IMG/VR virus record: IMGVR_UViG_2873063797_000002
DNA from: a virus
Lineage: Duplodnaviria; Caudoviricetes
Direction: 5' to 3' (one strand)
DNA length: 64,000 nt
The position numbers and the translations under genes were made by a program. The notes under the pieces are model-generated. The model searched no databases. It saw only the letters and a program-made list of their open reading frames with translations, and was not told the DNA's origin. Shown one piece after another: positions 46,163 through 55,654 of this stretch (position 1 is its first letter; the number at the start of each line of letters is the position of its first letter).

Positions 46163-48645
46163 TGCGGCTTTCGGAGATCCTGGGGCGACTTGCGGGGGTC
46201 GAAGAAGACCACGACGGGCACCTTGCCTTCTGCCCCGTGCACGCTGACCGCAACAACCAGAGCCTGAAGCTCACGCTGAAGGAGGACGGCAAGCTCCTCC
46301 TCGTCTGCCGCACCGGGTGCCCGAAGGGCGACGTCCTGGAGAGGCTCCGAATGCGGGAGTCCGACCTCTTCGACGTCATCAATGACCTGGGCGCGTCGAC
46401 CATCAGCGCGAAGGCACCGGAGAGCGTCGGCCCGGGGGAGATAGCCGGCCTCCGCATGTTCGTCGACGAGACGTCGGCCGCCCTGGAGCCGGAGTCGGAA
46501 GCGGCCTCCTACCTCTTCGACCGCTTCGGCATCACGCTGGAGACGGCGGAAGACCTGGGCGTCGGCTACGCGGCTCCCGGGCCTCGTCCTCAGCCGTGGC
46601 TCTCCCGCGGCTTCACCCGGTACCCGCGACTGACGGTCCCGCTCGCCGGCTTTGACGGAGTGGTCCGCGGCCTCCAGGGGCGCGACCTCTCTGGCAAGTG
46701 CCCCGCCCGGTGGGTCTCCCTGACCAACGTGGACGGCAAGCAGTGGGCGAAGTACGGCGTGATGAGGAGTGGCGCCGGCTACGACACGGTCCTAATTTGT
46801 GAGGGTCCTGGCGACGCTCTGACGGCCGTCGGCGCGGGCTATGACGCCGTGGCCATCCGCGGCGCTGGGCTCGCCCGTAACGCCGCTCTGGTGGCCGAAC
46901 TGGCGGACGGCCTCCGGGACCTGGACGTCGTCATTGCCGGCGACCGGGACCGTGCCGGCGCAGGCTTCACCGACTCCCTGGCCGTGGCCCTCGTCAAGGC
47001 GGGCGTCATGGTGCGTCGCCTGGAGATCCCGAACGACGGCGACGACCTCACCGACTGGAGGGAGCGGGACGCGGAGGCCTTCCCCGGGCAGCTCCATGCC
47101 GCCGTGCGTGCGGCCACCGTCGTGGAGCTGGAGGAGACGAAGGCGGAGCCTGTGAAGGAGGACGCCGACGAGGAGGCAGACGTCTCCGCCACGGACGCCG
47201 CCCTTCAGACGATGTCCCAGTCCGCGCGGGAGGCTTTCGACCTGACGGACGTGGGCATCGCGGTACGCCTCCGCGACTACATGGCCCGCTCTGGCGGGGG
47301 AGTGCGCTACGCGAGCGGACTTGGCTTCCTCGTGTGGGACGGCAAGGTCTGGGCGCCGGGGAACGACGAGGTGCGGACGGCGCTCCTTCAGATGGGCGCG
47401 GAACTCATCGCGTCGGGCGACGACGGGGCGCGGAAGATCGCGCTACGAGCGCTGACCAACCGGGCCATCGAGGACATCATCAAGGTTCTGCCGTCGGTGC
47501 CCGGAGTCCCGGCGTCGGCCGCGGACTTCGATTCGGACCCGGAGCTTCTGTCCGTCGCCAACGGGACCGTCAACCTCCGCACGAAGGAGCTGCGCCCGCA
47601 CGATCCCGCGGACATGATCACCCGTCGCCTTGACGTCGCGTACCGACCGGGCGCGAAGGCGGAGAGGTGGCTCCAGTTCCTCGACGAGATCTTCCCCCAT
47701 CACCCGGAGCTGCCGGCGTACATGCGACGGCTCATCGGCTACGGAATCACCGGGTCGACGGCGGAGGAGTGCTTCGTCTTCCTCCACGGGGACGGCAAGA
47801 ACGGGAAGTCGAAGTTCCTGGGCGCGCTCATCGACACCTTCAAGGGCGTCACGAAGTCGACGGAGTTCAGCACCTTCGAGAGCCGCGTCGGCGTCGGCCA
47901 GGCGTCACCGGAGGTGGCAGCGCTCCGCGGGGCGAGGCTCGTGACGGCGAGCGAGACGGAGAAGTACTCCCGTCTTGCGGAAGGGCTGATCAAGCAGTTG
48001 ACCGGCGGTGATCCGGTGACGTGTCGGATGCTCTACGGCGCGCCGTTCACCTACGTGCCTAGCTTCCTCCTCCTCGTCGCCGGCAACTACAAGCCCGCCA
48101 TCCTGAGCCAGGACTACGGAATTTGGCGTCGGGTGAAGCTCGTGCCCTTCGAAGCGTCCTTCCGCGGGGCGAAGGCAGACCTCAACCTTGCCGCCCGCCT
48201 CCGCGCGGAGCGGGAGGGCATCCTCGCGTGGGCCATCGACGGAGCCGCGGAGTGGTACGCGAGCGGCCTTCAGGAGCCCGACTCCATCGCCACGGCTACG
48301 CAGGACTACCGGGAGTCGGAGGATCGCCTTGCCGAGTTCCTCGTCGCCCGGTGCGTCGAAGAGCCGGGCACGCGGGTCGCTCCCATGGCCATCCGTCGCG
48401 CCTACCAGGAATGGGCGGAGGACGCCGGCCTGAGCCGGAAGGAGGTGCTCTCCGGCTGGGCGCTGGGCGTGGAGTTGGAGTCGCGCGACTTCGCGAAGGT
48501 CAAGCGCTCCGGGCGCTGGGGCTTCGAGGGGCTGCGACTGAAGAGCGACGAAGAAATCCAGGAGGCGAACGCAGCGGAGAACACGCCGGCCGACGAGCCG
48601 GGCGAGGACACGGACATCTTCAATCAGTCGAAGGAGGCAGCGTGA
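46162..48645 (+). CDS. DNA primase-helicase (Zn finger, TOPRIM and D5-like SF3 helicase)
   Basis: CPVH...C...C; ICEGPGD; GDRDRAG; HGDGKNGKS; KQLTGGD; WRRV. Confidence 0.92.
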   Translation: MRLSEILGRLAGVEEDHDGHLAFCPVHADRNNQSLKLTLKEDGKLLLVCRTGCPKGDVLERLRMRESDLFDVINDLGASTISAKAPESVGPGEIAGLRMFVDETSAALEPESEAASYLFDRFGITLETAEDLGVGYAAPGPRPQPWLSRGFTRYPRLTVPLAGFDGVVRGLQGRDLSGKCPARWVSLTNVDGKQWAKYGVMRSGAGYDTVLICEGPGDALTAVGAGYDAVAIRGAGLARNAALVAELADGLRDLDVVIAGDRDRAGAGFTDSLAVALVKAGVMVRRLEIPNDGDDLTDWRERDAEAFPGQLHAAVRAATVVELEETKAEPVKEDADEEADVSATDAALQTMSQSAREAFDLTDVGIAVRLRDYMARSGGGVRYASGLGFLVWDGKVWAPGNDEVRTALLQMGAELIASGDDGARKIALRALTNRAIEDIIKVLPSVPGVPASAADFDSDPELLSVANGTVNLRTKELRPHDPADMITRRLDVAYRPGAKAERWLQFLDEIFPHHPELPAYMRRLIGYGITGSTAEECFVFLHGDGKNGKSKFLGALIDTFKGVTKSTEFSTFESRVGVGQASPEVAALRGARLVTASETEKYSRLAEGLIKQLTGGDPVTCRMLYGAPFTYVPSFLLLVAGNYKPAILSQDYGIWRRVKLVPFEASFRGAKADLNLAARLRAEREGILAWAIDGAAEWYASGLQEPDSIATATQDYRESEDRLAEFLVARCVEEPGTRVAPMAIRRAYQEWAEDAGLSRKEVLSGWALGVELESRDFAKVKRSGRWGFEGLRLKSDEEIQEANAAENTPADEPGEDTDIFNQSKEAA

Positions 48646-49145
48646 GCGACGAGTGGCGGGAGATACCGGGGTTCCCCGGCTACTTCGCAAGCAGCTCCGG
48701 GCGCATCCGGGGGCGGCGAGGTTGGGAGTTGTCTCCTGCGGTAGGGCGGGGCGGGTACGAGAAGGTGACCCTGTACGCAGGTGGGCGGAAGCAGAACGTG
48801 GAAGTACACCGGGCGGTGGCACTCGCCTTTCTTGGTCCGGACGAGGAGGGCCGCCCAGTTGTTGCACACGGCGACGGCAACCCGCGGAACAACACCCCAG
48901 GCAACCTCCGATGGGCAACGTACGCGGACAACGCCGCCGACCGTGACCGACATGGAAGAACTGCGCGCGTGTGTGGAGAGGACCACCGTTCCGCGAAGGT
49001 GACGGCGCACGAGGTACGAGGAATTCGCGCTGAATACGAGGAGGGCGTACTCACCCAAGCAATGCTGGGAGAGGCATACGGGCTCTCGCATCAGACCGTC
49101 TGGTCGATCATCCATCGTCAAAACTGGAGGCACCTCGATGCGTGA
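48642..49145 (+). CDS. NUMOD4/HNH homing endonuclease
   Basis: EWREIPGFPGYFASSSGRI; VHRAVALAF; HGDGNPRNN..NLRW. Confidence 0.85.
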   Translation: MSDEWREIPGFPGYFASSSGRIRGRRGWELSPAVGRGGYEKVTLYAGGRKQNVEVHRAVALAFLGPDEEGRPVVAHGDGNPRNNTPGNLRWATYADNAADRDRHGRTARVCGEDHRSAKVTAHEVRGIRAEYEEGVLTQAMLGEAYGLSHQTVWSIIHRQNWRHLDA

Positions 49146-51108
49146 GGTCCGTGGATTGCTCGCAGGACGTCCCTGGACCGGTCACGTCCTGGAGCGCGTC
49201 GAAGATCTCCCTGCCTTCGTAAAGTGGGGCCTCCGCCAACGTGTCCCCGTTGCCGTGGATAGCGAGACGAAGGGGCTCGCTATCCTCAGCGGCGACCCGG
49301 AGTACATCCGTCTCGTGCAGATGGGCAACGAGGAAGAAGCGTTCGTCATCCCCGTCGAGCTGGGGGAGCCGTTCCGCGTTGCTGTCCGTGACGTCCTCCG
49401 CGCCCTGCCTCGCATCGTGGGGCACAACTACCACGCCTACGATGCGCCAGCGCTTCACGCGTATCTAGGCATGGACTACGACGAGCTGTGCCGTAAGGCC
49501 ACGGATACCATGCTTCTGTCGAAGCTCGTCGACCCCCGCGCGGTCCACGAGGGTGGCATAGGAAGCTCGCTGAAGCCGCTCTCAGACCACTACATCGACC
49601 CGACGGCCGCCGATACACAAGGCGACCTCACGGCCGTGTTCCGCACGCTGAAGCTGACGAAGGAGACAGGGTGGGCGGGAATCCCGCTCTTCCACCCGAC
49701 CTACGTCGAGTACGCCGCACTCGACGTCATCTTGACTGCACGGCTGCTCTCCAAACTGGAGGCGGAACTCCGTCGCTTCGGCGTTCCTCAGCGTCTCGTC
49801 GACTACGAACACGAGGTCGCCCGCATCTGCGGGCACATGCAGATCCGCGGCTTCCTTCTGGACCCTGACTACACCCGCCACCTGGCCGACGAGCTGAGGG
49901 AAGAGGAGGAGACCAACACCCGCATCGTCCGTTCCTACGGCGTGGAGAAGCTGGGCTCTCCGACTCAGATCGTCGAAGCGCTGCTTGGCATGGGGGAGTC
50001 CCTCATCATGCCCGGCAAGTCGGCGCCGGAGCGGACGGCCGGCGGAGCCATCAAGGCTGACAAGTCGGTCCTCTGTGCACTCGCGGACACCGACCTCTAC
50101 GGCAAGCGTCTGCACATCCGCACCCCCAACCCGCTCGCCGTTGCCGTCATCAAGGCGAAGCGGGCGGCGAAGTGGCGCACGGCCTACGCGGACAACTTCC
50201 TCTCGACGGTCGACCGCAACGGCCGCATCCATCCGGGCATCCGGACGATGCAGGCGCGCACGGGGCGCATGTCCGTGACGAACCCCGCGGTTCAGACCCT
50301 CCCGTCGGGCGACTGGAAGATCCGCCGGGCGTTCCTCGCGGAGCCGGGGGAGCGGATCATCAGCGTCGACTTCCAGGCCGTCGAACTGCGCGTTCTTGCG
50401 GCCCTGGCGGGCGTGACGAAGATGAAGGAGGCCATCAACGCCGGCCGTGACCTCCACTCCTTCACGGCGGAACTCGTCTTCGGGCCCGGCTTCACGAAGA
50501 AGCACCGCAAGATCAGTAAGGCGATCGGCTTCGGCGTGGTCTATGGAGGCGGCGCCAATACGATTCAGCGCCAGACCGGCGCCCCGATGGAGGAGGTCAA
50601 GCGGGCCGTCGCCGCCTACCACCGGGCGTACCCGGAGGTGCGCCGGGCGGCGAACCGATGGCAGCGTGAGGCCTTCGCGAACGGCATGGTGACGACGTCT
50701 GTGACGGGGCGTCGCCTCCCGCTGGACCGGGACCGCACCTACGCCGTGACGAACTACCAGGTTCAGAGTGCGGCGCGGGACTGCTTGGGCCAGGCCCTCA
50801 TCAACATGGACGAGGCGGGCCTCCTGCCGTACCTGCGTCTCCCCGTTCACGACGAGGTCATCGCGTCGGCACCGGAGCGGGAGGCGGAGGACGTCGCCCG
50901 TGCCATCGGTGAGTGCATGACGTTCAACCTCTTTGGCGTGCCCATCGATTCGGACCCCGACGTCAGCGGACAGAGCTGGGGGAGCCTGTACATGAAGGAC
51001 CCGGACGACAAGTACCTCCCGGAGCTACTCATCGAGCACGACCCGTACTTCGCGAGCCGGCCGGAGGAGGCGCACCGCATGCGGGAGCCGGAAGCGGCGG
51101 CAGCGTGA
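49138..51108 (+). CDS. DNA polymerase family A with 3'-5' exonuclease domain
   Basis: VDSET; RTGRMS; DFQAVELRVLA; KAIGFGVVYG; VHDE. Confidence 0.95.
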   Translation: MREVRGLLAGRPWTGHVLERVEDLPAFVKWGLRQRVPVAVDSETKGLAILSGDPEYIRLVQMGNEEEAFVIPVELGEPFRVAVRDVLRALPRIVGHNYHAYDAPALHAYLGMDYDELCRKATDTMLLSKLVDPRAVHEGGIGSSLKPLSDHYIDPTAADTQGDLTAVFRTLKLTKETGWAGIPLFHPTYVEYAALDVILTARLLSKLEAELRRFGVPQRLVDYEHEVARICGHMQIRGFLLDPDYTRHLADELREEEETNTRIVRSYGVEKLGSPTQIVEALLGMGESLIMPGKSAPERTAGGAIKADKSVLCALADTDLYGKRLHIRTPNPLAVAVIKAKRAAKWRTAYADNFLSTVDRNGRIHPGIRTMQARTGRMSVTNPAVQTLPSGDWKIRRAFLAEPGERIISVDFQAVELRVLAALAGVTKMKEAINAGRDLHSFTAELVFGPGFTKKHRKISKAIGFGVVYGGGANTIQRQTGAPMEEVKRAVAAYHRAYPEVRRAANRWQREAFANGMVTTSVTGRRLPLDRDRTYAVTNYQVQSAARDCLGQALINMDEAGLLPYLRLPVHDEVIASAPEREAEDVARAIGECMTFNLFGVPIDSDPDVSGQSWGSLYMKDPDDKYLPELLIEHDPYFASRPEEAHRMREPEAAAA

Positions 51109-51482
51109 CCCCCGCACGTCTCACACCCCCGACCCTGGGGCGCACGACCGCAGTTGGCCGCACGGTGGCGGGATTCCGTCCCTCTGCCGTGCGGCCCGTG
51201 CCTCGTCCCATGCACACCACGCCCTCCCTGCGCCCGCCTGAGCCTCCGCTCTTCCCCTCCCGTCGTGACGTTCTGCGACGGTGGGAGGAGTCGGAGGAGT
51301 GGTCCTGTGCCTACTGTGACGCCGCGTTTACGCAAATGGTTGTAGCGGAGGTGGACCACATACGTCCGCTTGCGAAGGGGGGCGTTCACGACTGGGCCAA
51401 CCTGGCGCCCGCGTGCGCCGCTTGCAACCGCGCGAAGGCGGACACGGATGTCGTGTCTTGGCTCGCACAAAAGCACAGGTGA
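51105..51482 (+). CDS. HNH endonuclease
   Basis: CAYC...VDHIRPLAKGG...NLAPACAACNRAK. Confidence 0.85.
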   Translation: MTPARLTPPTLGRTTAVGRTVAGFRPSAVRPVPRPMHTTPSLRPPEPPLFPSRRDVLRRWEESEEWSCAYCDAAFTQMVVAEVDHIRPLAKGGVHDWANLAPACAACNRAKADTDVVSWLAQKHR

Positions 51483-51785
51483 GAGCCTCACCAACGTCAC
51501 CTGCATAGTCACGCAAGGCGACGAAGAGGGGTGTGTGGAGGCTTCACAAGTCCTCCACACGGTCACAGTTCGGTAACGGGGATTGGTTGAACCATAAGAC
51601 ATGTCGACCGACATAACCGCAGGTGAGATTGGTCGACCGACATAAGTCGTTCAATCACGTGCTCGAACCGAAACGGACGTTACATCACATAGCGGTACAG
51701 ACAACGGGGTTGATCCGGCCGCTTGCTCATTGCCTGTGGAGGTTGTGTGACTTACAGTCCTGATCACGCCACTGACGGACAACGG

Positions 51786-52145
51786 ATGACCGATTTGATC
51801 GAGGCGCTGATTCAGGCGGCGCACGAGGTCAGGCAGTTCGTTTCCGCCTACGACGACGCAGTAACCATGCCGGGCAGGCGGCCCGACGTGGATGCGGACG
51901 GAACGGGCCGGACAGCAACGACCGGACCCTCCCGCCCAACGGAGGCGACGGCGCTGGACGGGCGCCGGCTGGCCCTCCGCACAGAACTGAAAAACGGCGC
52001 CGACTGGCTCGCCTACGCAGTAGCAGCGACTCGCGGCGTCTCCGCATCCATGGATCGCGCCCTCACCCATTGGGAAGGGGAGGACGTGACCCTCCAGCTC
52101 CCAGGGGGACAACTTGATCATCATGACGGGGCCGCAGGGCAGTGA
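51786..52145 (+). CDS. Hypothetical protein
   Basis: SRPTEATALD motif; ATG after a regulatory gap. Confidence 0.55.
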   Translation: MTDLIEALIQAAHEVRQFVSAYDDAVTMPGRRPDVDADGTGRTATTGPSRPTEATALDGRRLALRTELKNGADWLAYAVAATRGVSASMDRALTHWEGEDVTLQLPGGQLDHHDGAAGQ

Positions 52146-52335
52146 CGAAGAGGTCGGATTCCTGGCGGAGATGGCGGGGTTGCTGGGAGCTATCCCCGCG
52201 TTCGCCGCAGTACTCCAGTGGGCGACGGCAACAGCGCTCTACTGCCTCACCGGCTGGGAGAAGTGCCCGACGGCCGTAGCTGACGTGACGCTCGCGGAAG
52301 CCGCCGGCATGGCGATTCACTTCCTGGCCGCATGA
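52123..52335 (+). CDS. Small hypothetical protein
   Basis: Overlapping coupled ORF. Confidence 0.45.
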   Translation: MTGPQGSDEEVGFLAEMAGLLGAIPAFAAVLQWATATALYCLTGWEKCPTAVADVTLAEAAGMAIHFLAA

Positions 52336-52361
52336 CACCCGCGTAAAACGACTCACGCGAC

Positions 52362-52391
52362 GCCCCCGTTCCAGCGAGGGACGGGGGCTTT
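52362..52391 (+). terminator. Terminator
   Basis: GCCCCCGTTCC/GGGACGGGGGC followed by TTT. Confidence 0.65.
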
Positions 52392-52495
52392 CGTGTACCT
52401 GAATCACTGTGTGACCCACGTCACAAAACATCAGCGTCACATCCGCCTCGGATTACGACACAACACAAGCACAAGGCACACACGGAGGAGTTCAC

Positions 52496-53266
52496 ATGAG
52501 CCGCGACCAGATCAACGCCGACCAGATCCGCGCCGCACAGGGTGGCAACAGTGACGCCATGTGGCAGATCGTCATGGGTCTGGACGCGACTCTCCGCGGC
52601 ATCGTCCGCAGCGTCGCCCCGACGGCAAACGAGAAGGACGCGGAGGACTACCTCCAGGAGGCGCGGGTGGTCCTGATCCAGCGCATCAAGGACTTCGACT
52701 CCGACGCGTCGTCGGCATCGCTGATGACTTACGTCTATCAGGCAGCCCGTCGCGCGGTGACGGAGGCGCACATCTCCAACTCGTGCCCCGTCTCCGTTCC
52801 CGCATCGGCCGCGATCGTCGTCCGTCACCTCCTGTGGCGCCACGGTGGCGACGCGGAGAAGGTGTGGGCGGAGCTGGAGGAGCAGCGGAGCGCCACGCAC
52901 AAGATCTCCCGGGAGATGTTCGTCTCGGTCATCGAAGCACTCGCGGAGGTGACGAGCCTCGACGCCCCCACCGGCGGAGAAGACGGCGACGGCTCCGGCC
53001 TCACGCTCTCCGACGTCCTCCCCGACCCCTTGTCGGAAGCCACCGACTCCATCGAGCGCCGCGACCTGGCCCGGTGGCTCATGACGCAGATCCCACAGCG
53101 CCAGGCATACGCGCTTCGCGCCTTCTACGGCGTCGGCATGACGAAGCAGGAGGACGCGGAAACGTGCGACGACCTGACCGTCAAGCCGGCCGCCCTCCGC
53201 AAGCTCCGTTCCCGCGGACTGTGCAGCGCGCTTGCCGTCGCAGACGCGCACGACGTGACCGCGTGA
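52496..53266 (+). CDS. Phage-encoded sigma-70-like RNA polymerase sigma factor
   Basis: DAEDYLQEA (region 2.2), SLMTYVY, SLDAP, LSDVLPD and a region 4-like C-terminus. Confidence 0.8.
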   Translation: MSRDQINADQIRAAQGGNSDAMWQIVMGLDATLRGIVRSVAPTANEKDAEDYLQEARVVLIQRIKDFDSDASSASLMTYVYQAARRAVTEAHISNSCPVSVPASAAIVVRHLLWRHGGDAEKVWAELEEQRSATHKISREMFVSVIEALAEVTSLDAPTGGEDGDGSGLTLSDVLPDPLSEATDSIERRDLARWLMTQIPQRQAYALRAFYGVGMTKQEDAETCDDLTVKPAALRKLRSRGLCSALAVADAHDVTA

Positions 53267-53303
53267 ATCACACACCCAACCGAACCGAACTGGAGCAACG
53301 ACC

Positions 53304-53450
53304 ATGAACCGACTCCCCTCCCTCGACGACTACGACCTCTCCGGCGTCCGCCTCGACGAAGCCGCCCTCTGGGGTGACGACGTGCGCTACCTCGTGGAGG
53401 CCCGCAGCGACGGCGAGGCGTTCGACGGCTTCACCATCGACACCCTGTAG
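53304..53450 (+). CDS. Small acidic protein
   Basis: GGAG RBS plus ATG. Confidence 0.5.
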   Translation: MNRLPSLDDYDLSGVRLDEAALWGDDVRYLVEARSDGEAFDGFTIDTL

Positions 53451-53508
53451 TACGCACCGCCGCGTAAAACGACTCACGCGACTCGAAGTTACGGACAGAG
53501 GAGAGAAC

Positions 53509-54501
53509 ATGACCGAGCACATCGCTACGTGCCGTTGGGCCGCCGCTGACCACCTGCGCGCGCAGGTTTCCGGCGACGCCGTGCACATCGAACACCGAAC
53601 CAACCACACCATCAACGGCGACGTCTCCCTCCGCTCCGACGCTGCCCGCACCTTCGCCCGCGGCATCCTCGCCCTGGCCGACGAGATCGACGGGGGAGAG
53701 GCGGAGGAGGTGCCGGCCCTGAGTCGTACCCCGAAGGTTGGTGACCGGGTGCGTGTCGTGCGCAACGCCTACAGCTTCGAGGGCGCCGAGAACATCGGTC
53801 GGGTGGGGGTGCTGAAGGAGGTCACCCCCGAAGACGCCCAGTCGCACCGTGTGTCCTTCACGGACGACGCTTACGGCTGGTGGTGCGCGGAAGTGGAGTA
53901 CGTGGAGAGCGCGCCGGCCGACTCCCGCCCGAAGGTGGGCGACCGGTTCCGCGTCACGCAAGACTTCCTGGAGTGCGCGGGTGTCCACGTCGGTGACATC
54001 GTCGCCGTGGGCGAACTGACCGGAGATGAGTCGTTCCGCACCACGCCGTGCGCCGACGGCCGACGGTGGCACTTCGGCTTCTCCAGCATCGGTGACGGCC
54101 TGGAGCCCGTCACCGACGAGCCGGCTCACCCCCTCGACGAGCCGGGACTCGCCGGCTGGGAGCGCGACCTCATCGAGAGCGCGTCGCCCCCTGCCCCGAT
54201 CAAGGTCGGTGACCTCGTGACGATCGTGCGCGCGGAGTACAGCGCCCGCGACGAGGACGGCCGCACGGGCATCGTGGACGAGGTCGACGACAACGACGAC
54301 CGCCTTCCATACCGCATCGTCGACGAGGCAGGCGACTTCGTCGCGTGGGCCGCAGAGGTTCGGAAGGTCGACGAGCCGGAGGACGCCACCCCCTCCCCCT
54401 TCGCCCGCTACGTCGACGAGGCGAAGAAGCTCCTCGCCGGCACCGACCACACCGGCACCGACGTCATCGCCCTGGCCCGGGAGCTGTCGGAGCACCCCTA
54501 G
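53509..54501 (+). CDS. Protein with three KOW/SH3-like repeats and a helical C-terminal tail
   Basis: PKVGDRVRV, PKVGDRFRV, IKVGDLVTI; SPFARYVDEAKKLL tail. Confidence 0.7.
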   Translation: MTEHIATCRWAAADHLRAQVSGDAVHIEHRTNHTINGDVSLRSDAARTFARGILALADEIDGGEAEEVPALSRTPKVGDRVRVVRNAYSFEGAENIGRVGVLKEVTPEDAQSHRVSFTDDAYGWWCAEVEYVESAPADSRPKVGDRFRVTQDFLECAGVHVGDIVAVGELTGDESFRTTPCADGRRWHFGFSSIGDGLEPVTDEPAHPLDEPGLAGWERDLIESASPPAPIKVGDLVTIVRAEYSARDEDGRTGIVDEVDDNDDRLPYRIVDEAGDFVAWAAEVRKVDEPEDATPSPFARYVDEAKKLLAGTDHTGTDVIALARELSEHP

Positions 54502-54548
54502 CCGCGTAAAACGACTCACGCGACACCAACCACACACGAGGAGAGACC

Positions 54549-55046
54549 GTGACTAGACACACACTGAGGTGCCGTGTAACCGACGGGGACTACGCGGAGG
54601 CGCACATCGACGCGGACGGCGACGTGCGCCTTGAGGTGCACATGGGTCAGCACACCTCCGCCTTCGTCTACGGCCGCCCCACAGAGTTCGCCGCCTTCGC
54701 CCGTGCCGTCCTGGCAGGGACGGGGGAGAGCGTGGAGACGCTGACCGACGGGTCGATCAATGTAGGTGACCGGGTGGAGATCCTCCCGTCCGCCAACAAC
54801 ACGACCACCGCTGGCCGTGTGGGAGTCGTCAGTAAGGTCGACCGTAGCGGTAACGACGACATGCCGTACCGAGTCGACGACGAGGCGGGCGGGTTCATTG
54901 CCTGGGCGACGCGAGTCCGCAAGATCTCCAGCGATTCCGCCACCTCCCCGCGCGCTGACTTCGTCTCCCAGGCCCGCGCCGCACTCGACGGCACCAACCC
55001 CACGGCCGCAGACATAGTCCGCCTCGCGGAGTTCCTGGCCGGCTGA
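54549..55046 (+). CDS. Paralog of 53509 with one KOW/SH3-like repeat
   Basis: INVGDRVEI, DxxPYRV; SPRADFVSQARAAL tail. Confidence 0.7.
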   Translation: MTRHTLRCRVTDGDYAEAHIDADGDVRLEVHMGQHTSAFVYGRPTEFAAFARAVLAGTGESVETLTDGSINVGDRVEILPSANNTTTAGRVGVVSKVDRSGNDDMPYRVDDEAGGFIAWATRVRKISSDSATSPRADFVSQARAALDGTNPTAADIVRLAEFLAG

Positions 55047-55080
55047 CGCGTAAGTCGTTTCACGCGACTTTCCCCGCAGG

Positions 55081-55112
55081 GGTTGTGTGGTCGACATAAC
55101 CCGTGCCATAGT
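55081..55112 (+). promoter_or_regulatory. Class B promoter (TTGTGT-N18-CATAGT), also at 57283, 59220 and 60108
   Basis: GGTTGTGTGGTCGACATAACC is identical in four places, each preceded by an inverted operator. Confidence 0.8.
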
Positions 55113-55175
55113 CATCACATCGCAAGGCACACACGGAAGGGGCGCTCCGCACGGGGCGCCCCAGGGGAGGACGTC

Positions 55176-55511
55176 ATGGCACTCACCTTTCACCTGATCT
55201 CGTACCGCACCCTGTCGGGCGAGACAGGCGTGGCCCGGGTCGGTACCGACCGCACCCGCCCGGTCCGATCGGAGTGCAGGGAGCAAATCCCCGGCTTCCT
55301 CAGCGGATCGCACCTGGGGCCGGAGCCGACCCTCACGCTCACCTACGAGACGGAGCGCGGGACGCAGACGAAGACGGTCAGCCGCACCCTGCTGAACCGC
55401 AGCGTCGGCCGGCTCGTCGCCCGCGCTGCGGACCGGGGCGAAGCGTGGAACATCGCCGTCGTCGACGAGCGCGGGGAGGATGTCACCGACTCCGTCCCCT
55501 GCTTCGCCTGA
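55176..55511 (+). CDS. Hypothetical protein (cassette 1)
   Basis: GGAGG RBS after the class B promoter. Confidence 0.65.
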   Translation: MALTFHLISYRTLSGETGVARVGTDRTRPVRSECREQIPGFLSGSHLGPEPTLTLTYETERGTQTKTVSRTLLNRSVGRLVARAADRGEAWNIAVVDERGEDVTDSVPCFA

Positions 55512-55544
55512 CCAACTAGCCGAAGCGCCCTCCGCGGCGCTGGC

Positions 55545-55619
55545 GCCCCGCATAGGCAAGCCCGACTACCCGGTACCCCCAGTGCCGGCGGGCGCGCGGT
55601 TCGAATCCGCGGCGGGGCA
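55545..55619 (+). ncRNA. tRNA-like RNA (75 nt; perfect acceptor and T arms, non-canonical D arm)
   Basis: GCCCCGC/GCGGGGC-A; CGCGG-TTCGAAT-CCGCG; CCGGTA-CCCCCAG-TGCCGG. Confidence 0.65.
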
Positions 55620-55654
55620 CTTCACAGACCTACCGACTCACTAAAGGAGCAACC

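Noticed and set aside
55576-55582. The tRNA-like RNA acting as a UGA/Trp suppressor for the HNH stop at 39107
   Set aside because: The loop register gives CCC, not CCA or UCA, and nothing else links the two.
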